A stretch of DNA of 64,000 nucleotides, taken from the IMG/VR virus record IMGVR_UViG_3300045988_145033, positions 114,693 through 178,692 of that record. One strand, written 5' to 3'. Below the pieces are notes generated by a model, which saw only the letters and a list, made by a program, of their open reading frames with translations, was not told the origin of the DNA and did not search any database. The first letter of the stretch is position 1. Each line of letters starts with the position of its first letter. Of this stretch, positions 1 through 9,578 are shown piece after piece. This DNA comes from a virus. The position numbers and the translations under genes were made by a program.

Positions 1-106
1 AATACCATATTGCCATATCTTAAATATGTATCTGTCATCATTTGTTCTTTCCATTATATCACTCTCCTTTATATTCTATTTAAAAGTTTTTCAAAAAATA
101 AAATAA

Positions 107-128
107 TATACTCCCCGAAGGGAGTATA
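107..128 (-). terminator. intrinsic terminator TATACTCCCCGAAGGGAGTATA + T-tract
   Basis: Perfect hairpin, U-run on minus strand. Confidence 0.6.
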
Positions 129-134
129 CATTTA

Positions 135-623
135 TTATTTGTCATCCATTGTAGCGTGGTCTGAGTCAATGATAGTTTGTTCAGGTTCTATTCTTTCGTC
201 ATTCATATCACCTAAAGTAACTTCACCGTCAGCTTTATTTTCAGTTTCAGGCATTATATCTGTAGCTCCTACTTTAATAGAGTCTCCATCAATAACAGCA
301 CCTGCTCCTGCTTCTAATTGGTCTATTAATGATTCGTGGAATTTAGTAGCTTTGTCTATTTTACCTAAAGCTTCAGCATATTCAACTTCAACATTAACAC
401 TTTCTACAGTGTCACTTCCCGGTTCAACTGGTATATCTACAGTTATACTTGGAACTTCAGGAGCATCAGCATCTACATTAACTTCAGCCGTGTCACTTGC
501 TTCTATTGAAACAGTTTGAGCATCATCTAAAGTGTCAGCTGGAGCTACTTCAGATTCTCCGTAAATATTTGGTTTATTGAATAAAGAGAAGTCTACTCCG
601 TCTTTACCTATTTTTTGATACAT
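135..623 (-). CDS. hypothetical acidic protein; contains VEYAEAL motif (possible processed virion protein)
   Basis: ORF with AGGAGG RBS before ATG at 623; acidic low-complexity; terminator hairpin 107-128 downstream. Confidence 0.5.
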   Translation of the reverse strand: MYQKIGKDGVDFSLFNKPNIYGESEVAPADTLDDAQTVSIEASDTAEVNVDADAPEVPSITVDIPVEPGSDTVESVNVEVEYAEALGKIDKATKFHESLIDQLEAGAGAVIDGDSIKVGATDIMPETENKADGEVTLGDMNDERIEPEQTIIDSDHATMDDK

Positions 624-678
624 ATTTATACCTCCTAGTTATTTTTAATTTTATTAATTTCTCTATAAAAATGTTAAT

Positions 679-1047
679 TTATTGCTTTCTATCCATTTTA
701 TCTGAGATTTTGTTATACAAAGAATCGAAGGACTTATTAAGTTCAGTTCTATCAGGTATTGCACCTAGTCTATACTTAATCTCATCCATATCTTCTTGTA
801 GCTTTTTAATATTATCTTCATGTGTAGAAAGCCTTACATCAGATGCAACTGAACGGTGTTTAAGTTCTTCCATAGTAACCTGTATATCGTGTATAGACCC
901 GTTTATATGATTTATTTCTATTGCTTGCTGATAAGTTGTAATAGTAAGAGTTACAAGTCCAACTATAGCTCCTCCTATTAAGGTAGTAAGTAAGGTTCCG
1001 GCATTTTCAAGTATTGATGAAAATGGTCCTTTATTGTTATTTGACAT
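679..1047 (-). CDS. hypothetical coiled-coil protein with C-terminal TM helix
   Basis: ORF with AAGGAGG RBS; hydrophobic C-terminus. Confidence 0.5.
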   Translation of the reverse strand: MSNNNKGPFSSILENAGTLLTTLIGGAIVGLVTLTITTYQQAIEINHINGSIHDIQVTMEELKHRSVASDVRLSTHEDNIKKLQEDMDEIKYRLGAIPDRTELNKSFDSLYNKISDKMDRKQ

Positions 1048-1061
1048 AACCTAAAACCTCC

Positions 1062-1505
1062 TTATTCAGATTTAGATTTTTTGTTCTTTTTCCCTTTCTT
1101 TTCTGTAGCTTCTTCAGATTCGACAGTTTCTGATGCTTCTTCTGTAGATTCTCCGGAACCAGTAGTTTCTTCTTCAACTAATCCTTCCTCTTCTTCTACA
1201 AGTTCTTCTTCGGGATACATTGCTTCTTCCATTTCTTGTGCTTCTTTTACGATATCCTCATTTACATAACCTAACTCATACAATTTATTATATAAGCTAT
1301 CATTTAATACAACTGGTGTATCTAAATTATGAATTGTAATTTCAACTTGTCCATTTGCCTTTGCTGCTATTATATCTCCCATTCCAACCCATACTGGATT
1401 TAATATAGGTAGCGGATAAGGAAGTCCGTGTCCGTGAGTTACAGCATCACTATTGTCCTTTAATCTCGCAGTTATCAGTAATTGTCTTTCTTCTATTTTA
1501 GCCAT
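1062..1505 (-). CDS. hypothetical protein with poly-acidic C-terminal tail
   Basis: ORF with GGAGG RBS; E-rich tail. Confidence 0.5.
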   Translation of the reverse strand: MAKIEERQLLITARLKDNSDAVTHGHGLPYPLPILNPVWVGMGDIIAAKANGQVEITIHNLDTPVVLNDSLYNKLYELGYVNEDIVKEAQEMEEAMYPEEELVEEEEGLVEEETTGSGESTEEASETVESEEATEKKGKKNKKSKSE

Positions 1506-1660
1506 TTATAAACCTCCTATATATTTATTACATTTGAAATTCTGCCTCTTTTTGTTGATTAGCTATTATTGCAAGAGTGTCTTTATTATCTTGATATAAT
1601 CCAACGTCAAGGCAGTGCATTATTTCTGGTATCAGTACATAACTTAACATAAAATCCATA

Positions 1661-3016
1661 CTATCTCTTCACCTCCGCTAAATCATCTAATAGGAACTTA
1701 GGGTCTTTTTGAGCTCCATCTATTGTAAGTTTTAGAAGATATAGTATTATAGGAACTATTAAGAAATCCTCTAAAGTATCATCAACTTCCAAATCTACAG
1801 TTTCATCTAAGATACTTGCTGGGTCTTCAGCTATTCTCATAATAGATGATATAATATCACTATCGCTATCCAAAAGCTTTTCTGAACTTTTCTTTAAACT
1901 GTCAAGCTCTACAAGAGTTGGAATCTTTTTAACATTCGAGCTATCCTTTATTAGATACTCAGCTGTCTTATCAGACGGTATTCCTATAGACATTAAAGCT
2001 ACATTTGGAGATGCGAATTGATTTAACTGAGTTAGATATCTTTGCTTAGGAAACCATTTCATAAGCTTTGTATATCTTCCACCTACTTCAAATTCCTTTA
2101 CATCAAATCTTGAAAAATTACCCAAAAAAGAAGATAAGTCATCATAAGTTATATCACCATACATTGATTTTTCAAAATCAAATGGTGTCATATCCTCATG
2201 TGTGAGTATAAGCTCACCTACATACTTTTGTGAAAACTCATACATTATAGGACGCATTCTTCTTTGAAACTCTACAAGCATAGGGGAGTAGTATATCATA
2301 TCTATTGGGTGCTCGGGATTATCTTCACATACATGAGAATATAAAAGTAAATTATATTCTTCATTGTAAAACGTTTCCAAGTATTCATTATTAATTCTTG
2401 CATAAGTTGCAACTAGCTTTCTTATATAAGCTACCGTTCCTATATCTATGATAGTTACTTTATTGTCTCCAACATTACCCATCACAAAATCGTAATTTCC
2501 TACAGTTTGCTTTTCAAGTTGCTTAAACTTATCAGGGTCTTTGTCAGATACAGCATAATAAGTATAAGTTATATGATGATGAGGTTCTTGAAGTATCGTA
2601 TTAGCATCAGCTCTTGTCACACGAAACATAAGTTCCTTTGCTCCCGGTAAGGATATTACAAGCAAATCTCCTACTTGTGGATAAAACCCCGGAAGAATTA
2701 AACTCTCATTATCAAGCTCTATAGTTATACCTTTTATATCCGTCTTTCTAGTTTCCCTATTAAACTCTTTAAAGGCATAAAGCGGAGTATTATTAATTCT
2801 ATTATATCTTACAGGTGAGTCTGGTGATAACCAGTCATATACTTGTCCCATACCTTTAGAACCCGTACTATCAGCATTTGATATATTATAGTATCTACAG
2901 AAGATAGGTTTTGACTCCATTCTTCTTACATTGTATTTATAGTATCTTCTCGCTTGATTTCTGAGCATCTTATTCGTCGTATCAACCGTTTGGTCTTTTA
3001 AATTCAAGGATTTCAC
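1661..3016 (-). CDS. hypothetical protein (451 aa); true start may be TTG at ~3007
   Basis: Long ORF, AGGAGG upstream; no recognisable motif. Confidence 0.5.
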   Translation of the reverse strand: MKSLNLKDQTVDTTNKMLRNQARRYYKYNVRRMESKPIFCRYYNISNADSTGSKGMGQVYDWLSPDSPVRYNRINNTPLYAFKEFNRETRKTDIKGITIELDNESLILPGFYPQVGDLLVISLPGAKELMFRVTRADANTILQEPHHHITYTYYAVSDKDPDKFKQLEKQTVGNYDFVMGNVGDNKVTIIDIGTVAYIRKLVATYARINNEYLETFYNEEYNLLLYSHVCEDNPEHPIDMIYYSPMLVEFQRRMRPIMYEFSQKYVGELILTHEDMTPFDFEKSMYGDITYDDLSSFLGNFSRFDVKEFEVGGRYTKLMKWFPKQRYLTQLNQFASPNVALMSIGIPSDKTAEYLIKDSSNVKKIPTLVELDSLKKSSEKLLDSDSDIISSIMRIAEDPASILDETVDLEVDDTLEDFLIVPIILYLLKLTIDGAQKDPKFLLDDLAEVKR

Positions 3017-3115
3017 CTCCTATTAAAATTGTAAATTTCTCTAAAAAGGTGTTCGATACAGTGAAAAACAGCCCTTTAGTTAAAAATTATAAATAAAATA
3101 GGAGGTTTAAAATAT

Positions 3116-4948
3116 ATGGAAGATATAACTTTATATGGAAATGAAGTTCTACCAGAAGTAAGAGAATATATGTATGCTGAAGCTGAAATGACAGTATCGT
3201 ATAATTTAATACAAGATTATTTCTTCAATCTTATGGATAGCTTTAGAGATGAAACTATATACTATGGTGAAGCTGATGATGATGGTGAAGTTAAAACTGG
3301 ATTTTTTGCGAAGATAGGACAAATGTTTGTAAAGATGTGGAAAGCTATTATAAACTTTATTAAAACTGTATTTAGAAAAACTTGGGAAATACTTTCAAAA
3401 CCATTCAGTTTTAAAATGAATAGAGCTAATAACTCGTCTGGTGGCGGAGGTGGCGGTGGCTCATCAACACCTACTGAAAGAACTGCTGGTGGAGGCGGTG
3501 CTGAAGAAACTGCTAATAGAATAACTACTACAGATTTTAGACAATACCAAGAAATTGCAAACTTAAGAAGAAATCTAGTTTCATATCTTGGAAAAATGTC
3601 TACGGTAGAAAAGGATAAACTTTTAGCTACATTTGCTATAATGAAGGATGATAGTGTAAAAAATATAAGTCTTACTAAGATAGACAATAAAGGTACATAC
3701 GATACACACATAAAAAATATGGAAGCTATAAAGAAGAACTTGCTTGAAAACTTTAAACTTATATACGAATATGATGAGTTAAAGGATACAGATGCTATTA
3801 AAAACGTAGCAGCTACTCCAGCCATGAACCTTGTGTATAAGGAAGTACCAAAGCATTCTTTAATAAATGTAAAATATGAAAAGCCTAAAGAAGATGAAGA
3901 AGTAGTTAAAAAAGGAATAGCATCTCTATTCGGGATACAAATGATAGCTAAAAAGATTATAGAATGTACATCTAAAGTTACAGATACGACACAAACTGTT
4001 CAAAAGAAAAAGTCTGAAGCTAGTATAGCTAAAGATATTAAGAGTTTGATTAATACAATATTAGCGATAAATATGAGTGATACTGGAACTCACACTGGAC
4101 TTATAACGGATAAGGATAATGATATAAAGGTATTTGGAGACTATAATATAGTAGAGCTTTCTAAAGCTGTTAATGTTATATACGTATACTCATTTGGAGA
4201 AGATGCTTTAAAATTACTTAAAAAAGACCCTACAGGTATAATACAAGCTAAATTAAATTCAAATACAGTAATAAAGCCAGAAGCATATGAAACTAATAAA
4301 GGTATATTCTTAAAGAAAATGGTTAATGTCAATATAGCTGACAAGGTGTTAGAAACTGTTCAAATTAAAGCCGATGGAAATCAACCAGAATCTTTAACTT
4401 CTATTCTTAGTAAAGAATTTAAAGCAGCCGAAGGCAAAAAACCAGCAACAACATATGATGCACTAAGAGACCAGCTACTTAATGCTTTAGCGACATTTAA
4501 AGATTTAAGAGAGAATAATGAAAAGAAAGATAACGATGGTAAAACTGAATATGATAAAATAACAGATGAAAATGAAGCAGTTAAAGCGTCTGATATGTGG
4601 AAAGGTATAGTAACTAATGCTGCAAAGATAATTAAGAATGTAGCTAGTAGTGCACCAGAAATGGCAAGAACTATAACTAGAATAGATACAGCCATAGTTA
4701 TACATAAGCACTTATATAATACTATTCTTAGTGTATCGGTTACTGCTAACTTATGGGACGTATATTGTCATATGTATAAGGTAGCTAAAGACAACTTAGA
4801 GAATAATAAAGAGTTGATAAAGGATACAACAGGAAGCGATGACGCTACTAAAGAGCACAAACTAATAAAAGAAAAGTTAGCAGCATTAGATACAGAAGTT
4901 GCAGATTTAAAAGTTCAACTACAAAAAGAACTTAAAGGAAAACAATAA
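3116..4948 (+). CDS. paralog-family protein A: N-terminal MYAEAE/YYGEAD motifs, amphipathic/TM helix, G7 linker; putative virion internal/ejection protein
   Basis: ORF with AGGAGG RBS; shares architecture with 4984-6618, 6631-8073, 8179-9417; terminator 4957-4981. Confidence 0.6.
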   Translation: MEDITLYGNEVLPEVREYMYAEAEMTVSYNLIQDYFFNLMDSFRDETIYYGEADDDGEVKTGFFAKIGQMFVKMWKAIINFIKTVFRKTWEILSKPFSFKMNRANNSSGGGGGGGSSTPTERTAGGGGAEETANRITTTDFRQYQEIANLRRNLVSYLGKMSTVEKDKLLATFAIMKDDSVKNISLTKIDNKGTYDTHIKNMEAIKKNLLENFKLIYEYDELKDTDAIKNVAATPAMNLVYKEVPKHSLINVKYEKPKEDEEVVKKGIASLFGIQMIAKKIIECTSKVTDTTQTVQKKKSEASIAKDIKSLINTILAINMSDTGTHTGLITDKDNDIKVFGDYNIVELSKAVNVIYVYSFGEDALKLLKKDPTGIIQAKLNSNTVIKPEAYETNKGIFLKKMVNVNIADKVLETVQIKADGNQPESLTSILSKEFKAAEGKKPATTYDALRDQLLNALATFKDLRENNEKKDNDGKTEYDKITDENEAVKASDMWKGIVTNAAKIIKNVASSAPEMARTITRIDTAIVIHKHLYNTILSVSVTANLWDVYCHMYKVAKDNLENNKELIKDTTGSDDATKEHKLIKEKLAALDTEVADLKVQLQKELKGKQ

Positions 4949-4956
4949 TAAAATTA

Positions 4957-4981
4957 ATACTCCACCATTACGGTGGAGTAT
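4957..4981. terminator. bidirectional terminator ATACTCCACC-ATTAC-GGTGGAGTAT
   Basis: Between convergent genes. Confidence 0.65.
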
Positions 4982-4983
4982 CT

Positions 4984-6618
4984 TTATTTATCATCGTCAT
5001 CACTTTTTACAGATATATAATATAGTGCTTGTACTACAGTTGATATATCTTCTTGAATCTTTTTATAGAATGGATTATTTACATTTCTTATAAATTTTTG
5101 AGATATATCTACAATCTTTGATACAACCAGTGTTATATTGATACTACGATTTAAAATATTTTCTAATGCTATCTTTGTAGAATACTCATCGAATTGTAAA
5201 GTTTCATCTGATTGAAATTCATTTAGTTTATCTCTTATTTCCTTACCTTTACTATGTAGAGCATTTATAGATTTTGATAAATCGTTTAGTTCTATCGTAT
5301 TATCGTCTATAACCTTCATAAGTTTAGCTGTTATTCTAGTTTCTATATCAGCTAAATCAGAACGAGCTATAGCATAAACAGTTTTCTCATTATCGCTTAA
5401 TTTTCTAAATTCAGAGAAAACTAAAGTATTTTTGATTTCAGCTAAATTAGAATTTCTAACGAACTTCATATCTTGTAGTATACTCGCAAGTGTATTTAAA
5501 GTCTTATCGTCAAGTATAGGTATATTCTGAACCTTACCTTTAGTTTCGTTTATAATTCTACTTTCAAGTTTAGCGACATCTGGACTTCCTTTTAACTTAT
5601 CGTCTATAGACAGTATAAGATTCGTGTATTCTGTTGCTGATTTTTCCGATAATCCCTCAAATACAGTAGAGTACCCTGTATTAATTTCTTTCTGCAACTG
5701 TGTTATTTCAGCGTCTGTAGGCTTTCTATTTGCATTACCGTCCGTATCAATCTTAATTCTTTTTATAGTCATTATAGAATTTGGAGTAGTCTGATAAATC
5801 ATAGCAACCAACATAAGAGAGTCAGCATTTATAAGAGTATCGGTCATGAAATCTGCTATAAAATATTTACCACCTTTAGACAAAGCTTGTATTTTTTCAA
5901 CTTTATCGAAATATGTATCAATATCTTCGAAATCCTCAAAAGGATATTGTCTTAAAATATCGCTATATTTAGTTCCGTCAAATGCTTTATCTTCAGCGAT
6001 ATTTCCACGAACAACATCAAGAACAAGATTTGCTATATCTTTTGATATAACAAATACACCATTTGATGTCTTGTCTATATCAACTCTTATATCCTTTACA
6101 GCTTCCCTACTTATATCATTTATCATCTCGTCAGTTAAAGGTTTACCTTCTTCGTTGCTTATAATATTATCAAGTCTTTTACGTATTCTTAAAGTAGCTT
6201 CTCCGTCTCTTAAACCGCCATATTTACGTATAGCTTCTTTAGCTCTTAATGTCATCATCTTAAGATTAGCCGCTCTTATAATTTCAGGTTGACGTCCGAC
6301 TCTTCCAATATTTACAGAAGAGTAGTCTGAACCTCCACCTCCACCCGAATAAATGTCAACACGGTCTCCTTTTAGTTTATCTTTGACTTTCTTGAATATG
6401 AAGCTAAAGATACCGAATATAACAGTTTTAATTCCCATCAATATTTTAAGCAATAAAGATATAGCCGATTTAGCCATATTTCCTATAGCTTGAAAGATAG
6501 ACTTTACAGATTCATCATAAAGTCTAAGTTTATTTTCTGTCTCTATTCTATCCTTTAAAGCTTGTAGCTGATATGTAGCAGCTACAGCTTCGTAATATTC
6601 TATAGAATAATCTTCCAT
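4984..6618 (-). CDS. paralog-family protein B (EYYEA motif, TM helix, G5 linker)
   Basis: ORF; same architecture as A/C/D. Confidence 0.6.
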   Translation of the reverse strand: MEDYSIEYYEAVAATYQLQALKDRIETENKLRLYDESVKSIFQAIGNMAKSAISLLLKILMGIKTVIFGIFSFIFKKVKDKLKGDRVDIYSGGGGGSDYSSVNIGRVGRQPEIIRAANLKMMTLRAKEAIRKYGGLRDGEATLRIRKRLDNIISNEEGKPLTDEMINDISREAVKDIRVDIDKTSNGVFVISKDIANLVLDVVRGNIAEDKAFDGTKYSDILRQYPFEDFEDIDTYFDKVEKIQALSKGGKYFIADFMTDTLINADSLMLVAMIYQTTPNSIMTIKRIKIDTDGNANRKPTDAEITQLQKEINTGYSTVFEGLSEKSATEYTNLILSIDDKLKGSPDVAKLESRIINETKGKVQNIPILDDKTLNTLASILQDMKFVRNSNLAEIKNTLVFSEFRKLSDNEKTVYAIARSDLADIETRITAKLMKVIDDNTIELNDLSKSINALHSKGKEIRDKLNEFQSDETLQFDEYSTKIALENILNRSINITLVVSKIVDISQKFIRNVNNPFYKKIQEDISTVVQALYYISVKSDDDDK

Positions 6619-6630
6619 TTTATCACTTCC

Positions 6631-8073
6631 TTATTTTAAAAATTCAGCGAAATTAGTTCTAATGAATTCTTCGTTTTCTTTATCGTCTCCAGATACAAGT
6701 TGTAATAGATTTTTCTCTTTACCTTTTATCTTTCCAGTTATGTTATTTAGTATATCTCTTCTCATGTTATGGAATATTTTACTATCTATTACATTTTTAA
6801 CAACTTGTCCAATTTGTACCGAATACATAACTGAAGATGTCATAGCTATCGTAACGGTAATCCATTTATTTATTTCAGATATTATACCTTTATCTTCAAT
6901 AGCATTATTCTCATCTAAGTTATCTACTATAGACTTTATAGAATTTTGATATCCTGATAGTTTTCCAATTTTTTCTTTTATTGTTTTTATTTTACTATCG
7001 TCAATATCTTTACCTTCTGCTAGTTCACTAAATATACTATATATTTTTGATTGATTGCTTATTTTTTCAGCGTTAAATGAGATTTGTAAATTCATTCTTT
7101 CATCATCAGCACTATCATTATCAAATTCCCAAGTAAAATTATAAAATGTGCTCATTAAATTCTTATGACTTTCTGATTTTATTTGTAGAACTTTAGATAT
7201 ATCACCGTAGTTTAAAATGTTCTTTGGAGATGCACTGTCAGTATATAGTTTAGATAAAACTTCGTTCGAATCTTTTTCAAATTTATCCACAGACTCTTTA
7301 TTACTGAAATCAACACTTTGAGTTTTTAATGGAGCTAGTAAAGCTATTAAATCTTCTTGCACATCTTTATATAAAGACTTTGTAGTATTTGCAATATTAG
7401 AACTTACACCTATAGCTGTACCGTCGACTTTCCCGATATATCTATTCACATTTAATTGAGTTGCAGCAGATAGTAGTAATATACCCGGTGCATTTAATAC
7501 CGTTTCTAATATGAATTTAGGAAAAGTATCGTCATTGTCACTAGATACAATCTTTTTAAACTCAGCATTTGATTTATTATAGCTCTCATCATTTAATAAA
7601 ACGACTGGTTCGCTCATATTGCTGTATTTATCTCTTATCGTAGACAATGTCGCTCCTTCGAAAACTTTATTCATAAGTTCAGACCTTATTTTTAATTTAG
7701 GTGTGCTAGAAGATGAGCCTCCACCACCTCCACCACCGAAAGAAATACCATTACCTTTCTTTCTTCTGAAATACATAATAAGTCCTATAATTACTAAAAG
7801 TAGTAGTCCTTTTATTCCTAATACCATTTTAAGTATAATAAGTATAGCTTTCTTTATGAATACTAAAAGTGCCGCAAATATTCCTCCAACGCTTTCAGCA
7901 TACATTATTTCTCTTCTTTGATACATCTCAAGCATTACTCTACCTTCTTCTAAAGCCATATAACTTTCGCAAATAGCAAGCTCATCAACTTCAGGAATTT
8001 CAATATCACGATGTCTGCTACTATTATCAATATCAGCTACAGACTCCATATATAAATTTACTATATTATCCAT
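6631..8073 (-). CDS. paralog-family protein C (MYAES motif, long hydrophobic helix, G7S4 linker)
   Basis: ORF; same architecture. Confidence 0.6.
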   Translation of the reverse strand: MDNIVNLYMESVADIDNSSRHRDIEIPEVDELAICESYMALEEGRVMLEMYQRREIMYAESVGGIFAALLVFIKKAILIILKMVLGIKGLLLLVIIGLIMYFRRKKGNGISFGGGGGGGSSSSTPKLKIRSELMNKVFEGATLSTIRDKYSNMSEPVVLLNDESYNKSNAEFKKIVSSDNDDTFPKFILETVLNAPGILLLSAATQLNVNRYIGKVDGTAIGVSSNIANTTKSLYKDVQEDLIALLAPLKTQSVDFSNKESVDKFEKDSNEVLSKLYTDSASPKNILNYGDISKVLQIKSESHKNLMSTFYNFTWEFDNDSADDERMNLQISFNAEKISNQSKIYSIFSELAEGKDIDDSKIKTIKEKIGKLSGYQNSIKSIVDNLDENNAIEDKGIISEINKWITVTIAMTSSVMYSVQIGQVVKNVIDSKIFHNMRRDILNNITGKIKGKEKNLLQLVSGDDKENEEFIRTNFAEFLK

Positions 8074-8143
8074 ATTAAACCTCCATTTTTTTTTGTTTTT
8101 AATCTAAAACGCTGTTTTAAAGGTATTTATAAGATAAAAAAAA

Positions 8144-8163
8144 ATAATACCCCGAAGGGTATT
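8144..8163 (-). terminator. terminator AATACCC-CGAA-GGGTATT flanked by A/T runs
   Basis: Hairpin + T8 on minus. Confidence 0.6.
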
Positions 8164-8178
8164 ATTTTATCATATAAT

Positions 8179-9417
8179 TTATTCCTTAGCTGTAGAAGTT
8201 TGCACATTTTTCAATTTATCTAAAGATGTACATAAAGGTTTTACATAACCGATAAATCTATCAAGTTGTATTTTACCTGTGTTGAATGCAGTTACAACAG
8301 CTGTAGAAACTCTTGTCATGTATGTAGAGTACACAGTAGATATTCTCATAAGAGCAGACGCGTTATCTTTTACATTTTGATTTTCATTTTCTTTATCAGT
8401 ACGGTCATTATAAATACCTTCGGCTTTATTTTCGATTCTTGCCATTAATTTCTTCAAGTCGTCGATTTTTTCTTTATATTCAGATACACCTTTATCTAAA
8501 GCGTCTTCTATATCATCATATACGATATTTTTAGCCGCACTATTTAATTTAGCTATAGCTTTAGGTATATCTCCTCCTTTCTTAACTGTGTCAGCTTTAG
8601 AATCCCATAATTTTGCAATAGCTTCTGCTGGTTTTTGAGTTGAAGTGTCACCGAATATAGCACCATTTAAGTCAGGGTCAGTAATACCACCATTTTTTAT
8701 AGCACTATCGTATATGTATCTGACTAATGATTCGTCGTCTCTCATATGTCTAGCTTGTTGAACATCTTTAAATAGCCCTTCAACAGTTTTACCAGCACCT
8801 TCACTAGCAGATTTTAAATCTGTAATCTTTTCTAGTTCTTCAGTTAATTTTGAAATCGTTACAGTTTCTCCAGTTTTATCAGTTAAATTAATTTGTAGTA
8901 AAGTTTTAGTTCTTGTTGTAGCACCCTTAGCTAGTTTACTTCCTATAGTACCCATAATTATATTAGATATAGCTTCGTAAGCATAATCTTTAAAACTTAT
9001 TTTATCGTCTTCATTGAAAGTTGTAAGTTTAGAAACTTTGTCTAATACATCTTTAATGTATTGAATATCCATTCTGTAGTTTTTGTTAGCTTTGAATCTT
9101 CCTAATAATTTGATTACAAAGTCTTTTGCTTTTTCATACAATTTAACGATAGCTGCTATAATCTTTTTGAAGAACCCACCTTCAGCTTCTCCATACATAA
9201 TAGCTCCTACTAAAGATAGTCCTTTAGAATCCATTAATTCTTGAGTAGCTTCAGCATATAAAACACCATTTCTTTCCATATTTGCAGACGCTTCAGCATA
9301 AGCCATGAATGATTCCATTAAGTCGGCTTCAGATGCTTCAGGTACTCCACCGTATAATGTTCCATGTTGTGGTAATGTTGCTTCACGATACAATTTCATG
9401 AATGTATTTTCTGACAT
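8179..9417 (-). CDS. paralog-family protein D (three YAEA/YGEA motifs, amphipathic helix, no poly-Gly)
   Basis: ORF with AGGAGG RBS; terminator 8144-8163 downstream. Confidence 0.6.
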   Translation of the reverse strand: MSENTFMKLYREATLPQHGTLYGGVPEASEADLMESFMAYAEASANMERNGVLYAEATQELMDSKGLSLVGAIMYGEAEGGFFKKIIAAIVKLYEKAKDFVIKLLGRFKANKNYRMDIQYIKDVLDKVSKLTTFNEDDKISFKDYAYEAISNIIMGTIGSKLAKGATTRTKTLLQINLTDKTGETVTISKLTEELEKITDLKSASEGAGKTVEGLFKDVQQARHMRDDESLVRYIYDSAIKNGGITDPDLNGAIFGDTSTQKPAEAIAKLWDSKADTVKKGGDIPKAIAKLNSAAKNIVYDDIEDALDKGVSEYKEKIDDLKKLMARIENKAEGIYNDRTDKENENQNVKDNASALMRISTVYSTYMTRVSTAVVTAFNTGKIQLDRFIGYVKPLCTSLDKLKNVQTSTAKE

Positions 9418-9482
9418 ATTTTATACCTCCTAGTTATTTTAAAATTTATTTTGTTTTAATCTACACCTATGTTTATTTTCCT

Positions 9483-9515
9483 TGAAATAGGTATACTTTT
9501 CATATAATTTGTTAG
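9483..9515 (+). promoter_or_regulatory. sigma70-like TTGAAA-15nt-TATAAT upstream of 9579 gene
   Basis: Hexamers read directly; spacer slightly short. Confidence 0.3.
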
Positions 9516-9578
9516 CTTGTACGCAAAAGGGTCAGAAACAAGGAAAATAGTTACATTAATATATAAGGAGGTAGCAAA

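Noticed and set aside
10-519. 169-aa plus-strand ORF at window start
   Set aside because: Antisense to the well-supported minus gene 135-623 (strong RBS, terminator). The translation is S/T/I-rich low complexity with no RBS, so it is a shadow ORF.
3400-3520. Tubulin/PhuZ-like GGGTGSG signature in poly-Gly regions
   Set aside because: The glycine runs are homopolymeric linkers (GGGGGGGSS) following TM helices, not the tubulin T4 loop. No GTPase motifs are present.
3262-3825. 187-aa minus-strand ORF (and similar antisense ORFs at 5846-6292, 19103-20155, 49043-49328 and elsewhere)
   Set aside because: Antisense shadow ORFs inside longer, RBS-supported genes. Hydrophobic, low-complexity translations typical of AT-rich antisense frames.
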